Shown: positions 63,525-64,000 of the stretch, one piece after another
Position numbering within the stretch: the first letter of the stretch is position 1
Layout: each line of letters begins with the position of its first letter
Source: an uncultured Kiritimatiellota bacterium
GTDB lineage: Bacteria > Verrucomicrobiota > Kiritimatiellia > RFP12 > UBA1067
NCBI GenBank assembly: GCA_934635045.1
Contig: CAKTZA010000008.1
Location: 17,788-81,787, forward strand
DNA length: 64,000 nucleotides
Direction: 5' to 3'
Notes under the pieces: generated by a model
Databases searched by the model: none
What the model saw: only the letters and a program-made list of their open reading frames with translations
Told to the model about the DNA's origin: nothing
Translations under genes and position numbers: made by a program

Positions 63525-64000
63525 ATGAAAACGGGTGGATGCTTGTTGGCGATACTTTCAATCTCTGTCGCCGGGGCCGAGACGAACGACGTCGCGGCGC
63601 TGGCGCCGGTCGTCGTCTGGGGCGAACGCGAACGCGCGGCGGCCGTGCAGGACGCGCCGTGGCGCACGGCGTCGTCCGCGCTCGCCGTGCGCGGGCAGGG
63701 CGAGGCCGGGACGCTCACGGACCTGAGCGTCAACGGCTCCGCGTTCTCCGAGGCGGGGCTTGTCTTCAACGGCGCGACGGTGCGCAACGCGCAGACGGAA
63801 CACTTCAACGCCGACCTGCCGGCGCCGGGCGACTGGCTGGGGCGTCCGCAGGTGCTGACGGGGCTCGGCCTCTTCCGCACGGGCGCGGGGCATCCGGCGG
63901 GCTCGCTCGCCGTCGCGCTCGACGCGTCGGCCGAACGCGGCGGGCGGGCGACGCTCGGCGTCGGGCTGGACGGCCTCGTCTTCGGCCGCATCAATGACAT
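63525..64000 (+). CDS. TonB-dependent outer-membrane receptor (N-terminal signal peptide and plug domain; partial, continues beyond window)
   Basis: Own translation of the frame (not in the provided track because no stop occurs before the window end): MKTGGCLLAILSISVAGAETNDV...APVVVWGERE...LAVRGQGEAGTLTDLSVNGSAFSEAGLVFNGATVRNAQTEHFNADLP is plug-domain-like. TTTTGGTATAAT 8 nt before the ATG. Confidence 0.55.
   Translation, partial: MKTGGCLLAILSISVAGAETNDVAALAPVVVWGERERAAAVQDAPWRTASSALAVRGQGEAGTLTDLSVNGSAFSEAGLVFNGATVRNAQTEHFNADLPAPGDWLGRPQVLTGLGLFRTGAGHPAGSLAVALDASAERGGRATLGVGLDGLVFGRIND

Overview
The window is 64 kb of a high-GC (roughly 65-70%) bacterial chromosome. Almost every protein gene is on the + strand and tightly packed, and many adjacent genes overlap by ATGA or GTGA. 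The content is mostly housekeeping.

Genes recognised, in order:
- Cell-wall fragment: murD, a LysM lipoprotein, ftsW, yoaK.
- Ribosomal block: rpsL-rpsG, then rplY-rpsF-ssb-rpsR-rplI after a terminator.
- Mid-window housekeeping: a tandem GT2 glycosyltransferase, plsY, a family-5 ABC substrate-binding protein, tsaB, glnS, rarA, a UxaE-like epimerase, metK, a divergent-PAP2 protein, hemW.
- Central metabolism and signalling: aconitase, GTP-PEPCK, guaB, lepB, a Hanks-type Ser/Thr kinase, an aminotransferase, a HAD hydrolase.
- Sigma module: an ECF sigma/anti-sigma pair followed by an FGE-sulfatase-domain protein and a LamG-domain protein.
- Envelope and glycan block: a 1.7k-aa Fn3/BspA-LRR surface protein, an outer-membrane beta-barrel protein, a transglutaminase-like protein, a DUF2723/TMEM260-like TPR membrane protein, a BNR sialidase-like protein, a UXS epimerase.
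- 3' end: 6-phosphofructokinase, a PurH-like AICAR transformylase lacking the cyclohydrolase domain, rnc, a partial TonB-dependent receptor.
- Three tRNAs: two tRNA-Arg and one minus-strand class-II-shaped tRNA whose canonical anticodon reads UGU.

The non-standard features are repeat families. A 13-bp near-palindrome GGGGYCTGTCCCC forms arrays inside tsaB and hemW in frame and in one intergenic array. GGAA-rich polypurine/polypyrimidine tracts and a 105-bp AT-rich palindromic block sit in frame inside other genes. A CACGGAG/CTCCGTG long-hairpin family follows four long genes. A 2-kb junction at 41.9-43.9 kb carries iteron-like repeats and a 700-bp TIR-bounded IS remnant. A small low-GC islet lies between tRNAs at 23.1-24.2 kb. 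Promoters repeatedly show TTTTGGTATAAT-type extended -10 boxes, several placed 7-11 nt before the start codon.

I could not assign any multi-gene module to a known defense or secretion system. Phylum is not determinable with confidence; the domain content (FGE, ECF sigma, sialidase, LamG, BspA-LRR) is compatible with the PVC group or similar. Most long minus-strand ORFs in the provided track are GC-driven alternative-frame artifacts.
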